Below are positions 40,949 through 57,176 of a DNA stretch of 64,000 nt, piece after piece. Location of the stretch: NCBI GenBank assembly GCA_963767925.1, contig CAVYGB010000008.1, positions 2,720,001 through 2,784,000 on the forward strand, written 5' to 3'. The stretch is from an uncultured delta proteobacterium (GTDB lineage Bacteria; Myxococcota_A; Polyangia; Fen-1088). The notes beneath the pieces are model-generated. The model did not search any database. It was not told the origin of the DNA and worked only from the letters and a program-made list of their open reading frames with translations. Made by a program: the position numbers and the translations under genes. How positions within the stretch are numbered: position 1 is the first letter of the stretch; every line of letters begins with the position of its first letter.

Positions 40949-42121
40949 ATGATCTACCTGGACCACGCTGCTTCCACGCCTCCGGCGCCCGAAGCCCTCG
41001 AGGCCATGACGCAGGTGGCCCGGGACCACTTCGCCAATCCCTCCTCGGCGCACGCCTTCGGCGCCGCCGCCGCCCGCCTGCTCGAGCAGGCCCGCGAGGA
41101 GGTGGCCACCTGGCTGGGGGCTCGCCCGGCCGAGATCCTCTTCGTGAGCGGAGGGACCGAGGCCAACGCGCTCGCTGTCCTCGGCGCCGCCGCCGCGGGC
41201 CGGGGGCGCCACCTGGTGACAACCGCCATCGAGCACCCGGCGGTGCTGCGCTCGATCGAGCTGCTGGCCGGGCGCGGCTTCGAGGTGACCCGGGTGGCCC
41301 CCGCCGGAGATGGCCGGGTGCGGGCCGCCGACGTGCTGGCGGCGGTGCGGCCCGACACCGCCCTGTGCGCGGTCATGCTGGTCAACAACGAGCTCGGCAC
41401 CCTCCAGCCGGTGGCCGAGATCGCGGCCGGGCTCCGGGCGGCCGGCGCGCGGGCCCAGCTCCACTGCGACGCCGTCCAGGCGGCCGGGCTGGTCGCCCTC
41501 GACGTGCGCGAGCTGGGGGTCGATACCCTGGCGGTCTCGGCCCACAAGCTGCACGGTCCCCGGGGGGCGGGCGCCCTCTGGGTGCGCCCGGGGGCGCGGC
41601 TGGCGCCGCTCTGGGAGGGTGGCCGCCAGGAGCGCGGTCTGCGCTCGGGGACGGAGAACCTGCCGGCGCTGGTCGGCTTCGCCCGGGCCGCCACCCTGGC
41701 TCGATCCACGCGCGAGGGGGCGGCCCTGCTCGCCGGTCGGCGCGATCGGCTGGAGCAGGAGATCGCCGCCCGCCTGCCCCGATCCAGCCCCACCGTTCCG
41801 GCGGGCACCCCCCGGGCGCCCCACATCGCCAGCGTGCGGCTGCCCGGCCTGCCGGCCGAGCCCATCCTGCACGCCCTCGAGGCCCGTGGCGTCCAGGCCT
41901 CGGCCGGATCGGCCTGCGCGACCCGCACGCGCGGGCCCAGCCACGTGCTGCAGGCCATCGGCGTGAGCGAAGACGCGGCCGTGCTGCGCTTCTCGCTCGC
42001 CCGCACCACCACCGACGAGGAGGTGGTGGCCGCCGCCCGCGCGCTGGCCGAGGCGGTCGAGGAGGTGGCGGCGGTCGCCCAGACGTTTGCGGGCCGCGCC
42101 CGGAGAGGACAGTCCCGATGA
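40949..42121 (+). CDS. Group I cysteine desulfurase (IscS/NifZ-like)
   Basis: [36 protein letters not shown]. Confidence 0.92.
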   Translation: MIYLDHAASTPPAPEALEAMTQVARDHFANPSSAHAFGAAAARLLEQAREEVATWLGARPAEILFVSGGTEANALAVLGAAAAGRGRHLVTTAIEHPAVLRSIELLAGRGFEVTRVAPAGDGRVRAADVLAAVRPDTALCAVMLVNNELGTLQPVAEIAAGLRAAGARAQLHCDAVQAAGLVALDVRELGVDTLAVSAHKLHGPRGAGALWVRPGARLAPLWEGGRQERGLRSGTENLPALVGFARAATLARSTREGAALLAGRRDRLEQEIAARLPRSSPTVPAGTPRAPHIASVRLPGLPAEPILHALEARGVQASAGSACATRTRGPSHVLQAIGVSEDAAVLRFSLARTTTDEEVVAAARALAEAVEEVAAVAQTFAGRARRGQSR

Positions 42122-43317
42122 GCAACCCCATCATCCTGTGTCGGTTCGGCGAGCTGTTCCTCAAGCTGGGGAATCGCCCGCGCTTCGAGCAGCAGCTCCA
42201 GGGCAACATCCGGACGGCCCTGGCCGGACTGCCCGGAGTCGCCATCACGGCCCCCCACGGGCGGGTGCTCGTGCGCGCCACCGACGACACGCTGGCCGAG
42301 GCCTGCGCCCGCCTCGAGCGGGTGTTCGGCCTGGTCTCGATCTCGCCCGGGCGCGAGGTGCTGCCCGACATCGAGGCGATCTCCGCCGCCGCCCTCCTGG
42401 CGGCCGGGACCGCCCTCGAGCGCAATCCCGCCCTCCGGCGCAGCTTCCGCATCGAGGCCCGGCGCTCGGACAAGCGCTTCCCCCTCTCCTCCCAGGAGAT
42501 CGGCGTGCGCCTGGGCGCCGAGGTCAACCAGGCCACCGGCGTCCCGGTCGACCTGGAGAACCCGGCCCTGGTGGTGGGCGTCGAGGTGGGGCGCGAGGCG
42601 GCCTACGTCTTCGTCGAGACACGGGCGGCCCCCGGCGGCCTGCCGGTCGGCAGCTCGGGGAACGCGCTGCTGCTGCTGTCGGGAGGCATCGATTCGCCGG
42701 TGGCCGGCTGGCTGGCGGCCAAGCGCGGCCTCACGCTCGAGGGGATCTACTTTCACTCCCCGCCCTTCGTCGGGGAGAAGTCGCGGGACAAGGTGCTCTC
42801 GCTGGCCCGCGCCCTCGGCCGCTGGCAGGCCCTGCGCGCGCTGCACATCGTGCATTTCACCGACACCCAGAAGCGCCTGCGCGAGGCCGGCCCGGCCGAG
42901 CTGGCGGTGGTGCTCTACCGCCGCATGATGATGCGGGCCGCGGATCCGATCGCCGACCACATCCGGGCGCCGGCCCTGGTCACCGGGGAGAACCTCGGGC
43001 AGGTGGCCAGCCAGACCCTGGTCAACCTCGGCACCATCGAGGCGGCCGCCCGCCGGATCGTGCTGCGCCCGCTCGTGACCTACGACAAGCAGGAGACGGT
43101 CGCTCTGGCCCGCCGCATCGGAACCTACGACCTCTCGATCCTCCCCTACGACGACTGCTGCTCCCTGTTCGTCCCCCCCCACCCCGCCACGAGCGCCCGC
43201 CTGGCCGAGGTCGAGCGGGCCGAGGCGAGCCTGGACCTGGCGGCCGAGGCGACAGCCCTGGCCGCCTCGGTCGAAACGGTCTCCCTGAGCGGGTCGTCCA
43301 CCCCTCACGCCGGGTAG
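42118..43317 (+). CDS. thiI: tRNA 4-thiouridine synthase ThiI (no rhodanese domain)
   Basis: GELFLK, THUMP domain, [29 protein letters not shown]. Confidence 0.93.
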   Translation: MSNPIILCRFGELFLKLGNRPRFEQQLQGNIRTALAGLPGVAITAPHGRVLVRATDDTLAEACARLERVFGLVSISPGREVLPDIEAISAAALLAAGTALERNPALRRSFRIEARRSDKRFPLSSQEIGVRLGAEVNQATGVPVDLENPALVVGVEVGREAAYVFVETRAAPGGLPVGSSGNALLLLSGGIDSPVAGWLAAKRGLTLEGIYFHSPPFVGEKSRDKVLSLARALGRWQALRALHIVHFTDTQKRLREAGPAELAVVLYRRMMMRAADPIADHIRAPALVTGENLGQVASQTLVNLGTIEAAARRIVLRPLVTYDKQETVALARRIGTYDLSILPYDDCCSLFVPPHPATSARLAEVERAEASLDLAAEATALAASVETVSLSGSSTPHAG

Positions 43318-43340
43318 TGAACTTGGTTATACTGCCGGAC

Positions 43341-44165
43341 GTGGACGTAGCCGCGAAGCACCAGAAGTTGCGCGAGATCGTCTCGAGGTACGACTCGGCC
43401 CTCGTCTGTTTTTCAGGCGGGGTCGACTCGATGCTGCTCCTGCGCGTCGCCCATGACGTGCTGGGCGACCGCTGCGTCGCCATGACTGCCGTCTCCATCA
43501 CCATGGCCCGCAGTGAGCGGCAGGCGGCGATGGACCTGGCCAGCGGGCTGGGGGTCCGGCACGAGATGGTCGAGTCCAACGAGCTCGAGCGCCCCGGCTT
43601 CGCCCAGAACCCCACCAACCGCTGTTACCACTGCAAGTCGGAGCTGCTCGAGATCGCCGGCCCGGCCGCGCAGCGCCTGGGCCTGCGCGAGATCCTGCTC
43701 GGCACCAACCTCGACGACCTCGGGGATCACCGCCCCGGCCTCGACGCGGCGAAGGAGCGGGGCGCCCGCCAGCCCATGGTCGAGGCCCAGCTCGACAAGG
43801 CCGAGGTGCGCATGTTGTCCCGGGAGCTGGGCCTGCCCACCTGGGACAAGCCGCAGCTGGCCTGCCTGTCGTCGCGCTTCCCCTACGGCACCGAGATCAC
43901 CGCCGAGAAGCTGCAGCAGGTCGACGCCTTCGAAGACGGGCTGCGGGCGCTCGGGTTCCGCCAGCTGCGGGTCCGTTACCACGGCGAGGTGGCCCGCCTG
44001 GAGCTCGAGGCGGGCACCATGAGCCTGGCCCTCGACCCGCAGGTCCGGCCGCGCATCGTCGAGCTGGGGCGCCGCGTCGGCTTCACCTTCGTCGCCCTCG
44101 ACCTGGCCGGGTTCGCCTCGGGGTCCCTGAACCAGCTCATCGGTCTGCGTCGGGCCGGCGGCTGA
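43341..44165 (+). CDS. larE: ATP-dependent sulfur transferase LarE family
   Basis: FSGGVDS PP-loop, NRCYHCK, GTNLDDLGDHRPG, WDKPQLACLSSRFPYG, QLRVRYHG. Confidence 0.9.
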   Translation: MDVAAKHQKLREIVSRYDSALVCFSGGVDSMLLLRVAHDVLGDRCVAMTAVSITMARSERQAAMDLASGLGVRHEMVESNELERPGFAQNPTNRCYHCKSELLEIAGPAAQRLGLREILLGTNLDDLGDHRPGLDAAKERGARQPMVEAQLDKAEVRMLSRELGLPTWDKPQLACLSSRFPYGTEITAEKLQQVDAFEDGLRALGFRQLRVRYHGEVARLELEAGTMSLALDPQVRPRIVELGRRVGFTFVALDLAGFASGSLNQLIGLRRAGG

Positions 44166-44321
44166 GGCGGCGTCAGGCCCGCGCCGCGCCCCGCCGTGGA
44201 TGTGCTCGGTCGGCCTGTGGTTAACTACCAGGTACCCCTCGTTTTTCGCGGGGGCAATTTGCACCGTCGCCGGCTCAATTAAAATCCCCGAAGGGTCGTT
44301 GTCTTCTCCAGAGAGGATGCT

Positions 44322-45038
44322 GTGTTCACCTTACTGGTTCTAGCCGCTCTTCCCCTGTTCCCGCCCTCCCTCAACGAGCTGGAAGTGCTCCCCCTGGCGG
44401 GTGCCCCGGAGCTCTGTGACGTCGCCCTGGTCCGGCGCGCCCCTGGCCGCGAGCTTTCCAAGAAGCAGGCCTGGCTGGAAGAGAAGGGCAGCCGGGTCGA
44501 TGTTCACCTGACCTCTGCCGACTTCCCCAAGGCGCGCACCTCGGGGCGAAAGCCGGCGGGGGCCACCCTGGCCCAGGCGGCGGAGCGGCAGACGCCCGGC
44601 ACGATTGCCATGCCGGTGACGACCCTGTTCAACCTGAGGACGCGCGAGTCGCTGTCGCTGCTCCCGGGGGTGGCGCTGTCCGAGCGCTTCCACGTGTTCC
44701 TCCGCGATCACTTCACCAACCAGGCCACCCGCATGGACGAGCGGCTGGTGCAGGTGCTCACCAACGTCGCCCGCCGCTTCTCCGCCGAGCGGATCGAGGT
44801 GGTCTCGGGCTACCGCTCGCCGAAGTACAACGTGATGCTGCGCAAGAAGGGCCGGGAAGTGGCCCGCACCAGTCAGCACACCGAGGGCAACGCGGTCGAC
44901 TTCCGGCTGCGCGGCATCCCCACCCGCCGCCTGCTCAACTTCGTCCGCTCGCTGAAGATCGGCGGCGTGGGCTATTACCCCCACTCGCAGTTCGTGCACA
45001 GCGACACCGGCCGCGTCCGCTACTGGCGCGGAAGCTGA
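44322..45038 (+). CDS. YcbK/DUF882 (peptidase M15A-like) protein
   Basis: FLRDH, VSGYRSP..N, SQHTEGNAVD, GVGYYP..FVHSDTG.VRYW. Confidence 0.88.
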   Translation: MFTLLVLAALPLFPPSLNELEVLPLAGAPELCDVALVRRAPGRELSKKQAWLEEKGSRVDVHLTSADFPKARTSGRKPAGATLAQAAERQTPGTIAMPVTTLFNLRTRESLSLLPGVALSERFHVFLRDHFTNQATRMDERLVQVLTNVARRFSAERIEVVSGYRSPKYNVMLRKKGREVARTSQHTEGNAVDFRLRGIPTRRLLNFVRSLKIGGVGYYPHSQFVHSDTGRVRYWRGS

Positions 45039-45063
45039 TTCACCGCGGCCGGCCGGCCCCGGG

Positions 45064-46116
45064 CTAGAAGCGACCGCTCGCGCCGAAGACCCAGGCTTGC
45101 TGGGCGACGCGGTCGGTGGTCTCCAGGCTGACCGGGCTGGGAGACATGAAGAACATCACCGCGCCGGTGCCGAGCACCAGCCCACCGGCGCCGAACAGGA
45201 TCCCCGACAGCAGCTCGGTCGAGCGGCGCTCCTCGACGGCGCAGCCGACGTTCGCCCGGTAGTCCAGGCAGCCCACCACCTGGTTGTGGAAGTGCAGGGC
45301 CACGACGCCCGCCCCGACCGCCGCCGCGCCCACCAGCGAGAGGGCCACGGCGGTCAGGCGCGAGGGGCGCCAGCCTCCGATGGCCGCCGCCACCGTCCCC
45401 GAGGGGGCCAGATCGACGGCCAGGTAGCCGTTCATGCCGCTGTCGACGAAGATGTTCCGGTCGGAGATCTGGTAGCCGTCCGCCCGCACCACCATGCGGT
45501 GTGTGCCAGTAGCGACATCCACCGACAGTGGGGTCACGCCGGCGGCCTTGCCGTCGATGGTGACCTCGGCCCCCTGCGGCTTGGACTCGATCGAGAAGCG
45601 GCCCGGCGCGGTGGCTGCCGCCTCCTCCGCCTTGCCCCGCAAGCTCATCACCTGGCGGTCCATCTGGGTGCCGACCTCCTTGATGCCACAGAGCTCGCAG
45701 CGCTCCCGGCTCTGGCCGATCCCCTTGCCGTCCCGTCCCGAGATGAGATCTATCGCGACGTCGTAATTTTTCTTGTCCACCTGCACGTTGCCGGTGACGA
45801 GGTACTCGACGCCGAGGCGCTGCGCGATCTCCTTGTAACAGGCGGGCTCTTTGCACGCCTCGAGCCGGCTGCCTTGCTTCAGGAGCTGCTCGACGGTCAT
45901 CCCGGCAAAGACCTGGAACTCCGCTGCCGCCAGGCCCCCGATGAGCCGCTCGCGGAGGAAGTTCTTGTTGTTGTCGGGCATGTCTTCCTGGAAGACGAGC
46001 CGCAACACGGCCACGCGCCGGTGCGCCGCGCGGGCCGTCGCCGGCGCGAGTAAGACCGAACAAGCTAGGGCGCCCCCCAGGAGGGCGGCGCAAATAGGGG
46101 CACGCAACCTGAGCAT
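45064..46116 (-). CDS. PEGA-domain membrane protein
   Basis: Signal peptide, IESKPQGAEVTIDGK..GVTP, C-terminal TM segments. Confidence 0.82.
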   Translation of the reverse strand: MLRLRAPICAALLGGALACSVLLAPATARAAHRRVAVLRLVFQEDMPDNNKNFLRERLIGGLAAAEFQVFAGMTVEQLLKQGSRLEACKEPACYKEIAQRLGVEYLVTGNVQVDKKNYDVAIDLISGRDGKGIGQSRERCELCGIKEVGTQMDRQVMSLRGKAEEAAATAPGRFSIESKPQGAEVTIDGKAAGVTPLSVDVATGTHRMVVRADGYQISDRNIFVDSGMNGYLAVDLAPSGTVAAAIGGWRPSRLTAVALSLVGAAAVGAGVVALHFHNQVVGCLDYRANVGCAVEERRSTELLSGILFGAGGLVLGTGAVMFFMSPSPVSLETTDRVAQQAWVFGASGRF

Positions 46117-46125
46117 AGCGATCGT

Positions 46126-49716
<3,591 letters not shown>

Positions 49717-49819
49717 CGCGCAGCCGGATGTTTTACGCGCCACCACCCCACCGGTCAACGGCCGGAGCCACCACCGTCGGAGGGGAGAGTGTGCTACACC
49801 TTGGCCGAGGGGCAGCGGC

Positions 49820-51635
49820 ATGGATGGTCGACCAAGCTGGCGGCTCGTCGGATGCGGCCTGGCGCTGAGCCTGGCCCCCGCCTGCGGCGGTGCTCCGGGT
49901 CCGCCCTCGGACGCAGGGCCTCCACCGGGGTTCCAGATCCGCCACAGCGACGAGTCGGTGGCGGTGACCCCCAACGGCAGCCGGCAGCTCGCCTTCTTCC
50001 TCGTCGACGGCCAGCAGCGGCCGGTCCCCAACCAGGTGTTGCAGTTCCAGATCACCGACGCGATGGTGGCCCGCGGCGCGACCCTCTCGATCGACCGGGG
50101 TGTGACCGACGCCCAGGGCATGGTCAGCCTGCAGATCATCGGCGGCCTCAACACCCGCTTCAAGCTGCGGATCTCGGCCGAGCGGGCCCCCCGCCTGGAG
50201 GTGGAGGTGGTGGTCGACTCCCGCAAATACGGACCGGTCGAGGTGGCGCCCACCCTGGTGGGCATCGGGGGGCGAGTCGGTGGCCTCGATCATCGTCTTC
50301 TTTTCCCCGGGCAGCGGCTGCGCCAGCATCTCGCGATCGCGGCCCCCGAGCGACGTCATCCCCGCCCGCACCGTCCTGCCGGGACAGGTCGAGCGCTACT
50401 CCACCGTCAGCATGGAGGGCGGCCACGCCATCGTCGGCCACGGCCTCGACGGCGAAGGAGTGGTGGTGGTGGACGGCTGCGTGGATCTGTCGGGAACCGC
50501 CATCCTGGAAGAGGGGCTGGTGCGGGTGGTGTTGCCCCTCGCCCGCAGCGCCATCTCCCCGGTGGGGCGCTTCCGGGTCACCTCGCAGCTCCAGCTCGCC
50601 CAGATGCCCACCGCGGCGACCGCGCTGGCGGAGGCCTGGAGCGAGCTGACCGCCTGCCCCTCCGACCCGGCCCGCCTCTGGCTCGACTGCACGGTGGACG
50701 CCCTGGCCCCCGAGAGCTCCGAGGACCCCCTCGACTGCGCGCCCAGCGTCGCCGACGACGCCGCCTTCGACCGCAAGCTGGCCGCCCGCCGGGGGCTCCG
50801 CGAGACGACCCCGCCCCCCAGCAGCTACCCCCGCTGCCGGGGGGAAAAAGACGCCGCCGGCGATTTCTCCCTGGAGACCCGGATCGCGGGGATGTTCGCC
50901 GCCCTCAACCCGGCCCTGCGCGCCAACCTGGAGGGCATCTCGCGCGAGACCTCGACCCTGCTGTCCTCGATCGGCGTCCAGTCCTACTTCGAGGTGACGG
51001 CCACCAGCCGGCCCGATCGCTTCCAGGTCGACCACCAGCTCGAGGCGCTCGAGCTGGGCGAGCCGGGGGCCAAGGTCCCGGTCGACCTGTGGAGCCTGGG
51101 GCTCCCCCTGCGGACCGCCCGCCTGGTCCCGGCGGTGACGGTGGCGGGCGACATCGCCTTCGAGCAACACGGGTTCACCATTCGCCTCGGCTCGGCCGCC
51201 CGCCTGGCCACCGAGCAGCGGATCCTCGCCCGCCGGGGATATCCCGGCGAGACGGCGGGGTTCGTCACCAGCGTGTTCGCCGCGGCCACCTACGTCGACC
51301 GGGGCACCACCTACAAGGGCTGTCCGGCCCTGGCGGCGCTGGTCTGTCCGCTGGTGGGGGCTCCCGACGGCTGCCTCGTCGAGGCCTGCCAGGCGGGCGT
51401 GGCGGCGCTGGGCCGCCGGCTGGCCGGCGTCTTCGCCCCCCTCAACGGCAGCGGCCTCGACCTGCACCTCGAGGGGACCGCGCCGCTCATCGAGCGCGAC
51501 GGCGACGGGCGGGCCGACTCCTTCGGCTGGCTGCTGCCCTCGTCGTTCCCGGGCGTCTGGTCGGGCAACCTGCGGGCCGGCGAAGAGCAGCACGCCGTGC
51601 GCGGCATCTTCACCGCCGACCGCGAGCCCCAGTAG
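49820..51635 (+). CDS. Cys-rich myxobacterial lipoprotein, frameshifted in a G run at 50267-50272
   Basis: APAC lipobox, Ig-like N-terminal part; removing one G joins it to ORF 50280..51635. Confidence 0.7.
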
Positions 51636-51722
51636 CCCGCCGCTGCGGGTGACGGTGGCGACCCGGGAGCCAGGGCGACCGGGGCCCTGGTGTCTCGGGC
51701 CGCTTCGGTTTATGAAACCGGG

Positions 51723-52910
51723 ATGCAGCACCGCTTTGCCCCCGTCGCTGGCGTCCTGGCCCTGCTCCTCGGCGCCGCCACCGCCGTCGGGCAGGACGGC
51801 GGCTTCGAGGAGCCCCCGCTGGCGCCCGCCGCGCCCCCGCCGCCGGTGCCGGCGGCCCTGGCCAAGAAGGTGAAGCTCGAGCTCGTCACCTCGGAGACCA
51901 CCGAGGCGCTGGGGCTCGTCACGCCGCCGGGCGAGACCGGCGGGCGGGTCTTCGTCGTCGAGAAGCGCGGCAAGATCCGGATCCTCCGGGGCAAGAAGTT
52001 CGACGCCGCCCCCTTCCTCGATCTGACCGGCAAGGTCTCGCTCGAGCCGCGCGACAGCGGCGAGCAGGGACTGCTGGGTCTGGCTTTTCACCCTGGCTAT
52101 GCCCAGAACGGCCGCTTTTACCTGAACTTTACCGACCCCAAGGGCGACACGCGGGTCGTGGAGAGGAAGGTGGACGCCGCCTCGCCCGATCGGGCCGACG
52201 CGGCCTTCACCCGCGAGCTGCTCTCCGTGCCCCAGCCCTACGCCAATCACAATGCCGGTGACCTCGCCTTCGGTAGCGACGGCAAGCTGTACGTCCTGCT
52301 CGGCGACGGGGGCGCGGGCGACGATCCCCAGAACAACGCGCAGAATCCGCAAAGCCGGCTGGGCAAGGCCCTGCGCCTCGACGTCGACCTGCCCCAGATC
52401 AACGTCGAGGTGGTGGGCAAGGGGCTGCGCAACCCCTGGCGCTACGCCTTCGACAGCAAGACCAAGGACCTGTTCATCGCCGACGTCGGGCAGCGGCAGT
52501 GGGAGTACATCCACGTGTTGCCGGGGGGCAAGCTGGCCGGGCAGAACTTCGGCTGGAAGATCGCCGAGGGCAAACACTGCTTTCTGGCGAAGACCTGCAA
52601 CCGCCGGGGCCTGCAGGCGCCCGTCCTGGAATACAACCACCGCGAGGGCTGCTCCATCACGGGCGGCCAGGTCTACCGGGGCAAGGCCTTTCCCGAGCTG
52701 GCGGGGGCCTACTTCTACAGCGACTACTGCACGGCCATCCTGCGCAGCTTCCGCTTCAAGAACGGGCGGGCGACCGACAGCTGGGACTGGAAGGCCGCCC
52801 TCGATCCGGAGTTCAAGCTGGCCCGCATCGCCGCCTTCGGCCTCGATCAGGACGGCGAGCTGTACCTGGTGAGCCACGAGGGGCCCATCTACAAGCTGGT
52901 CGCGCGTTGA
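51723..52910 (+). CDS. PQQ-dependent sugar dehydrogenase (GSDH/YliI-like)
   Basis: GEQGLLGLAFHP, NHNAGDLAFGSDG, GLRNPWR, SITGG.VYRG. Confidence 0.9.
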   Translation: MQHRFAPVAGVLALLLGAATAVGQDGGFEEPPLAPAAPPPPVPAALAKKVKLELVTSETTEALGLVTPPGETGGRVFVVEKRGKIRILRGKKFDAAPFLDLTGKVSLEPRDSGEQGLLGLAFHPGYAQNGRFYLNFTDPKGDTRVVERKVDAASPDRADAAFTRELLSVPQPYANHNAGDLAFGSDGKLYVLLGDGGAGDDPQNNAQNPQSRLGKALRLDVDLPQINVEVVGKGLRNPWRYAFDSKTKDLFIADVGQRQWEYIHVLPGGKLAGQNFGWKIAEGKHCFLAKTCNRRGLQAPVLEYNHREGCSITGGQVYRGKAFPELAGAYFYSDYCTAILRSFRFKNGRATDSWDWKAALDPEFKLARIAAFGLDQDGELYLVSHEGPIYKLVAR

Positions 52911-53004
52911 CCCCGGGCGCCGGCTGTCCTGTCTCTCACCCGCGCGGCGGCACCGACATCAACGCTCGGGCGTCCTGCTCCGTATTCGTAGACGAAAGCA
53001 CCAC

Positions 53005-54552
53005 ATGGCAACGATGACCGCTCCCCCTCCCAGCACCCGCCCCCCGCGCCCGCGCCCGACCGCCTACCTCACGGCGTCCGCCTGCGCCCTGCTCCTGGCC
53101 ACCTCCGCTCCGGCTGGCGCCGCCGAGCAGCCGCTGACGCTGATGCAGGCGATCGAATACGCCGTCAAGTCCAACCCCGACCTGCGTCGCGAACGGATCG
53201 CCATCGACGTCGCCGACGCCCAGCTCGAGGCATCCCGGGGCGCCTTCGACTTCCTCCTCACCTCGGACCTGATCTTCTCCCGGCGGACCACCCCGGCCAT
53301 CAACAGCCAGGACGTGCAGGGCGGGGTGAACAACAACCTGCTCCTCAACCTGGGGCTCGCCCGCCAGCTCGAGACCGGCGGCGCGGTCAGCCTCAACTTC
53401 CGGAACAACCAGAGCGACACCAACAACCGGCTGCAGTGCGGGACCCTGGCCGGCGCCGCCACCGACTGCACGATCTACGGCAGCGACGTCAACCTGAGCT
53501 TCAACCACCCCCTGCTGCAGGGGTTCGGGTCGGAGATCGCCCAGGCCAACATCCGGCGCGAGCGCATCCAGAAGGACCAGGCCCTGCTCAACCGGCAGAT
53601 GCAGGCGGCCAACGTGGTCCGCGACGTGATCAACACCTACTGGGGTCTGTCCTACGCCACCCAGGACCTGGCCATCCGCCGCTCGGCGGTCGACCTGGCC
53701 AACGAGCAGCTCCGGGTGACCAAGGCCCAGATCGACGTGGGCCGCCTGGCGCCGGTCGACGCCGCCGCGGTCGAGCGGGCCATCGGCGAGCGCATGCAGG
53801 AGGTGCTCGTCTCCGAGCAGGAGCTGCTGTTCCGCACGCTCGAGCTGCGGCGCCTGTTCGGCCAGGGGGGCGACCCCAGCATGCAGGTCTACGGGGCCAA
53901 CGACGCACCCCAGTCGACCGCGCGCGAGGTGGACGTGCCGGGCGAGATCGGCCGGGCCATGGAGAGCAACCCGCAGCTCCGGGCCATCAAGCTCGGCATG
54001 GCCCTCACCGAGGTCGACCTGCAGGTGGCCCGCTCCACCCTCAAGCCGCGGCTCGACTTCGTGGGCGAGGTGGGGGCCACCGGCCGGCGGCCCGACCTGC
54101 CCGACGCCATCGCCCAGGCCTTCGGCCTCGACGAGCTGACCTGGTCGGCCGGGCTGCAGTTCGAGATGCCGCTCGAGAACCGGCAGGCGCGGGGCCAGGA
54201 GCGGGCCGCCCGCCTGGCCTCGGAGCTGTCGCGGCTGAACGCCGGCGACCTCGAGCTCGAGATCCGCAATCAGGTGGTGCGCCTGTCGTCGGTGATCCGC
54301 ACCGCCGCCAAGCGGGTCGACCTGGCCAAGGCCACGGTCGGCTTCGCCACCCAGAACCTGGAGGCCGAGAAGGCGCGCTTCTCGGTCGGCCGCTCGACCA
54401 ACAACGACGTCCTCCTCCGGCAGCAAGAGCTCAAGAACACCGAGATCCAGGTGGTTCGCGCCACCGTCGACCTCCTGGTCGGTGAAAACACCCTCGCCGC
54501 CCTCACCGGCGAGCTCCTCGACCGCTACAAGATCGTCCTCAAAGGGATGTAG
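53005..54552 (+). CDS. TolC-family outer membrane protein
   Basis: LTLMQAIEYAVKSNPDL, two OEP-like repeats, RFSVGRST. Confidence 0.88.
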   Translation: MATMTAPPPSTRPPRPRPTAYLTASACALLLATSAPAGAAEQPLTLMQAIEYAVKSNPDLRRERIAIDVADAQLEASRGAFDFLLTSDLIFSRRTTPAINSQDVQGGVNNNLLLNLGLARQLETGGAVSLNFRNNQSDTNNRLQCGTLAGAATDCTIYGSDVNLSFNHPLLQGFGSEIAQANIRRERIQKDQALLNRQMQAANVVRDVINTYWGLSYATQDLAIRRSAVDLANEQLRVTKAQIDVGRLAPVDAAAVERAIGERMQEVLVSEQELLFRTLELRRLFGQGGDPSMQVYGANDAPQSTAREVDVPGEIGRAMESNPQLRAIKLGMALTEVDLQVARSTLKPRLDFVGEVGATGRRPDLPDAIAQAFGLDELTWSAGLQFEMPLENRQARGQERAARLASELSRLNAGDLELEIRNQVVRLSSVIRTAAKRVDLAKATVGFATQNLEAEKARFSVGRSTNNDVLLRQQELKNTEIQVVRATVDLLVGENTLAALTGELLDRYKIVLKGM

Positions 54553-55356
54553 GAGGGGCGGCGGCCCGGGTGATCGCGGCGAGGTGCTGGCCGGTGCGGG
54601 TTTTGTCGCGGCGGTAGGAGTAGAAGCGGGCGGCGGGGTCGCAGACGGTGCACTCGGGGCCGGCGTCGATGTGGTCGGGGGGGACGCCGAGGGCTTCCAG
54701 CTCGAGGCGGAGAGAGCGTTTGAGGTCGATGTGGGGGCGGCGGGGGCCGTCGACGACGACGCCGAGCGCCCGCGCGCCCGCGTGGCGGGCCTCGAAGGCC
54801 GCCACCACCTCGGGGCCCACCTCGAAGCAGCAGGGGCCGATGGCGGGGCCCAGGGCGATGCGAAGGTCGGCGGGGCGGGCCTGGTAGGCCCTCGTCAGGG
54901 CGGCCACCGTGGCGCCCGCCACGCCCGCGATCACGCCCCGCCAGCCGGCGTGGGCGGCGCCGAAGGCCCCGCTCGTGGCATCGGCGAACAGGACGGGGAC
55001 ACAGTCCGCGGAGAAGACGCCGAGCGCGGCCCCCGGGACGTCGCTGACGAAGGCGTCTCCGCTGCGGCCCTCGAGGCTGTCCGGGGTGTCGCCGGATCGC
55101 ACCTGGACGACGTCGTTGCCGTGGACCTGCTTCATGAGAAAGAGATGATCGGCGCCGAGCGCCACCTGCAGCCGGCGGCGGTTCTCCAGCACGGCGGGAC
55201 GGTCGTCGCCCCAGGCCCGGGCGAAGTTGAAGCTCTCGAACGGTGGGCCGCTCACGCCCCCTTCCCGGGTGGGAAAGCCATGGGCGAAGCCGGGCGGCAG
55301 CAGCGGCGACTGCAGCAGCGGCAGGGGCACGCCGTCGACCATCACCGTGCCCGTGT

Positions 55357-55360
<4 letters not shown>
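54539..55360 (-). CDS. pgeF: Peptidoglycan editing factor PgeF (YfiH)
   Basis: TREGGVS, QVHGND, SADCVPVL, AHAGWRG, GPAIGPCCFEVG, FYSYRR. Confidence 0.92.
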
Positions 55361-56336
<976 letters not shown>

Positions 56337-56340
<4 letters not shown>

Positions 56341-56603
56341 CAGATCTTCGATTTGAGATGACCCTTGGACTTGAGCATCACGTCAACCAGGGCCCGTTCG
56401 TACAGGTTGAGCGAATAGATCTCGGGCGTGACCCGGGACTTGAATAGGGCGCGACCTTCCTCGATCTCATCTTTCATGATGTCGAACAGGATGTCCTTCT
56501 GGATCCCTTCCACGATCTTCGCCTCGTGATAAAGCGTGAGATCGGACGCAATGGCCCGGGCGAGCTGGCGCGCCCGATCTTGCTTGTCGATGAGTGGCGG
56601 CAT
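56337..56603 (-). CDS. Small conserved hypothetical protein (88 aa)
   Basis: ARQLARAIASDLTLYH...EIEEGRALF; stop overlaps the rluD start. Confidence 0.75.
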
Positions 56604-56683
56604 ACCGTAAAAGTTAGCCGATTGCCCGCGCAAGGGGCCAGAGCAAGCTAAGCTTGTCGCCCCACGTTCGACAGGAGGTACCG

Positions 56684-57118
56684 ATGTCGTTTCGCGCACC
56701 GCTTCTCGCCTTGATCGGCGCCGCCGCCCTCACCTTCGCCGCCCCCGACGCGCGCTCGGCCGACGAGCTTCACGAGGTCATCGCGCCGCCGGCTCAGGGC
56801 CGGGTGGGGGCCAAGGGGCGAACCGTGGTCACCCTGACCGGCAAGAACGGATGGCACCTCAACGAGGCGGCCCCTGTCACACTCAAGCTCACCCCCTCGG
56901 CGGGGCTGGCGGTCGACAAGCCGAAGCTCGGGCGCAAGGATCTGGTCGAGGACACGAAGGACCGGGCCCGCTTCGACATCCCCTTCCTCGCCCAGAAGCC
57001 CGGCCGCCAGACCATCGAGGCCGAGGCCAGCTTCGTCGTCTGCCAGGAAGCCGCCTGCAAGCCGGTCAAGGAGAAGGTCACCCTGGCGGTCGACGTCTCC
57101 CCCTCCGCCAAGAAGTAG
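56684..57118 (+). CDS. Secreted protein resembling the DsbD N-terminal Ig-like domain
   Basis: AGGAGG RBS, signal peptide, GWHLN, VCQEAAC.P. Confidence 0.65.
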   Translation: MSFRAPLLALIGAAALTFAAPDARSADELHEVIAPPAQGRVGAKGRTVVTLTGKNGWHLNEAAPVTLKLTPSAGLAVDKPKLGRKDLVEDTKDRARFDIPFLAQKPGRQTIEAEASFVVCQEAACKPVKEKVTLAVDVSPSAKK

Positions 57119-57176
57119 TCGACGACAAGTAGTCAAGAGACAGGCCGCCCCCGCCCCCGGGTGGCGGCCCCTCTCC

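Noticed and set aside
40948..40951. hemW and desulfurase sharing overlapping ATG codons (CATG)
   Set aside because: hemW more plausibly starts at GTG 40920, which has a -10-like box at the right distance
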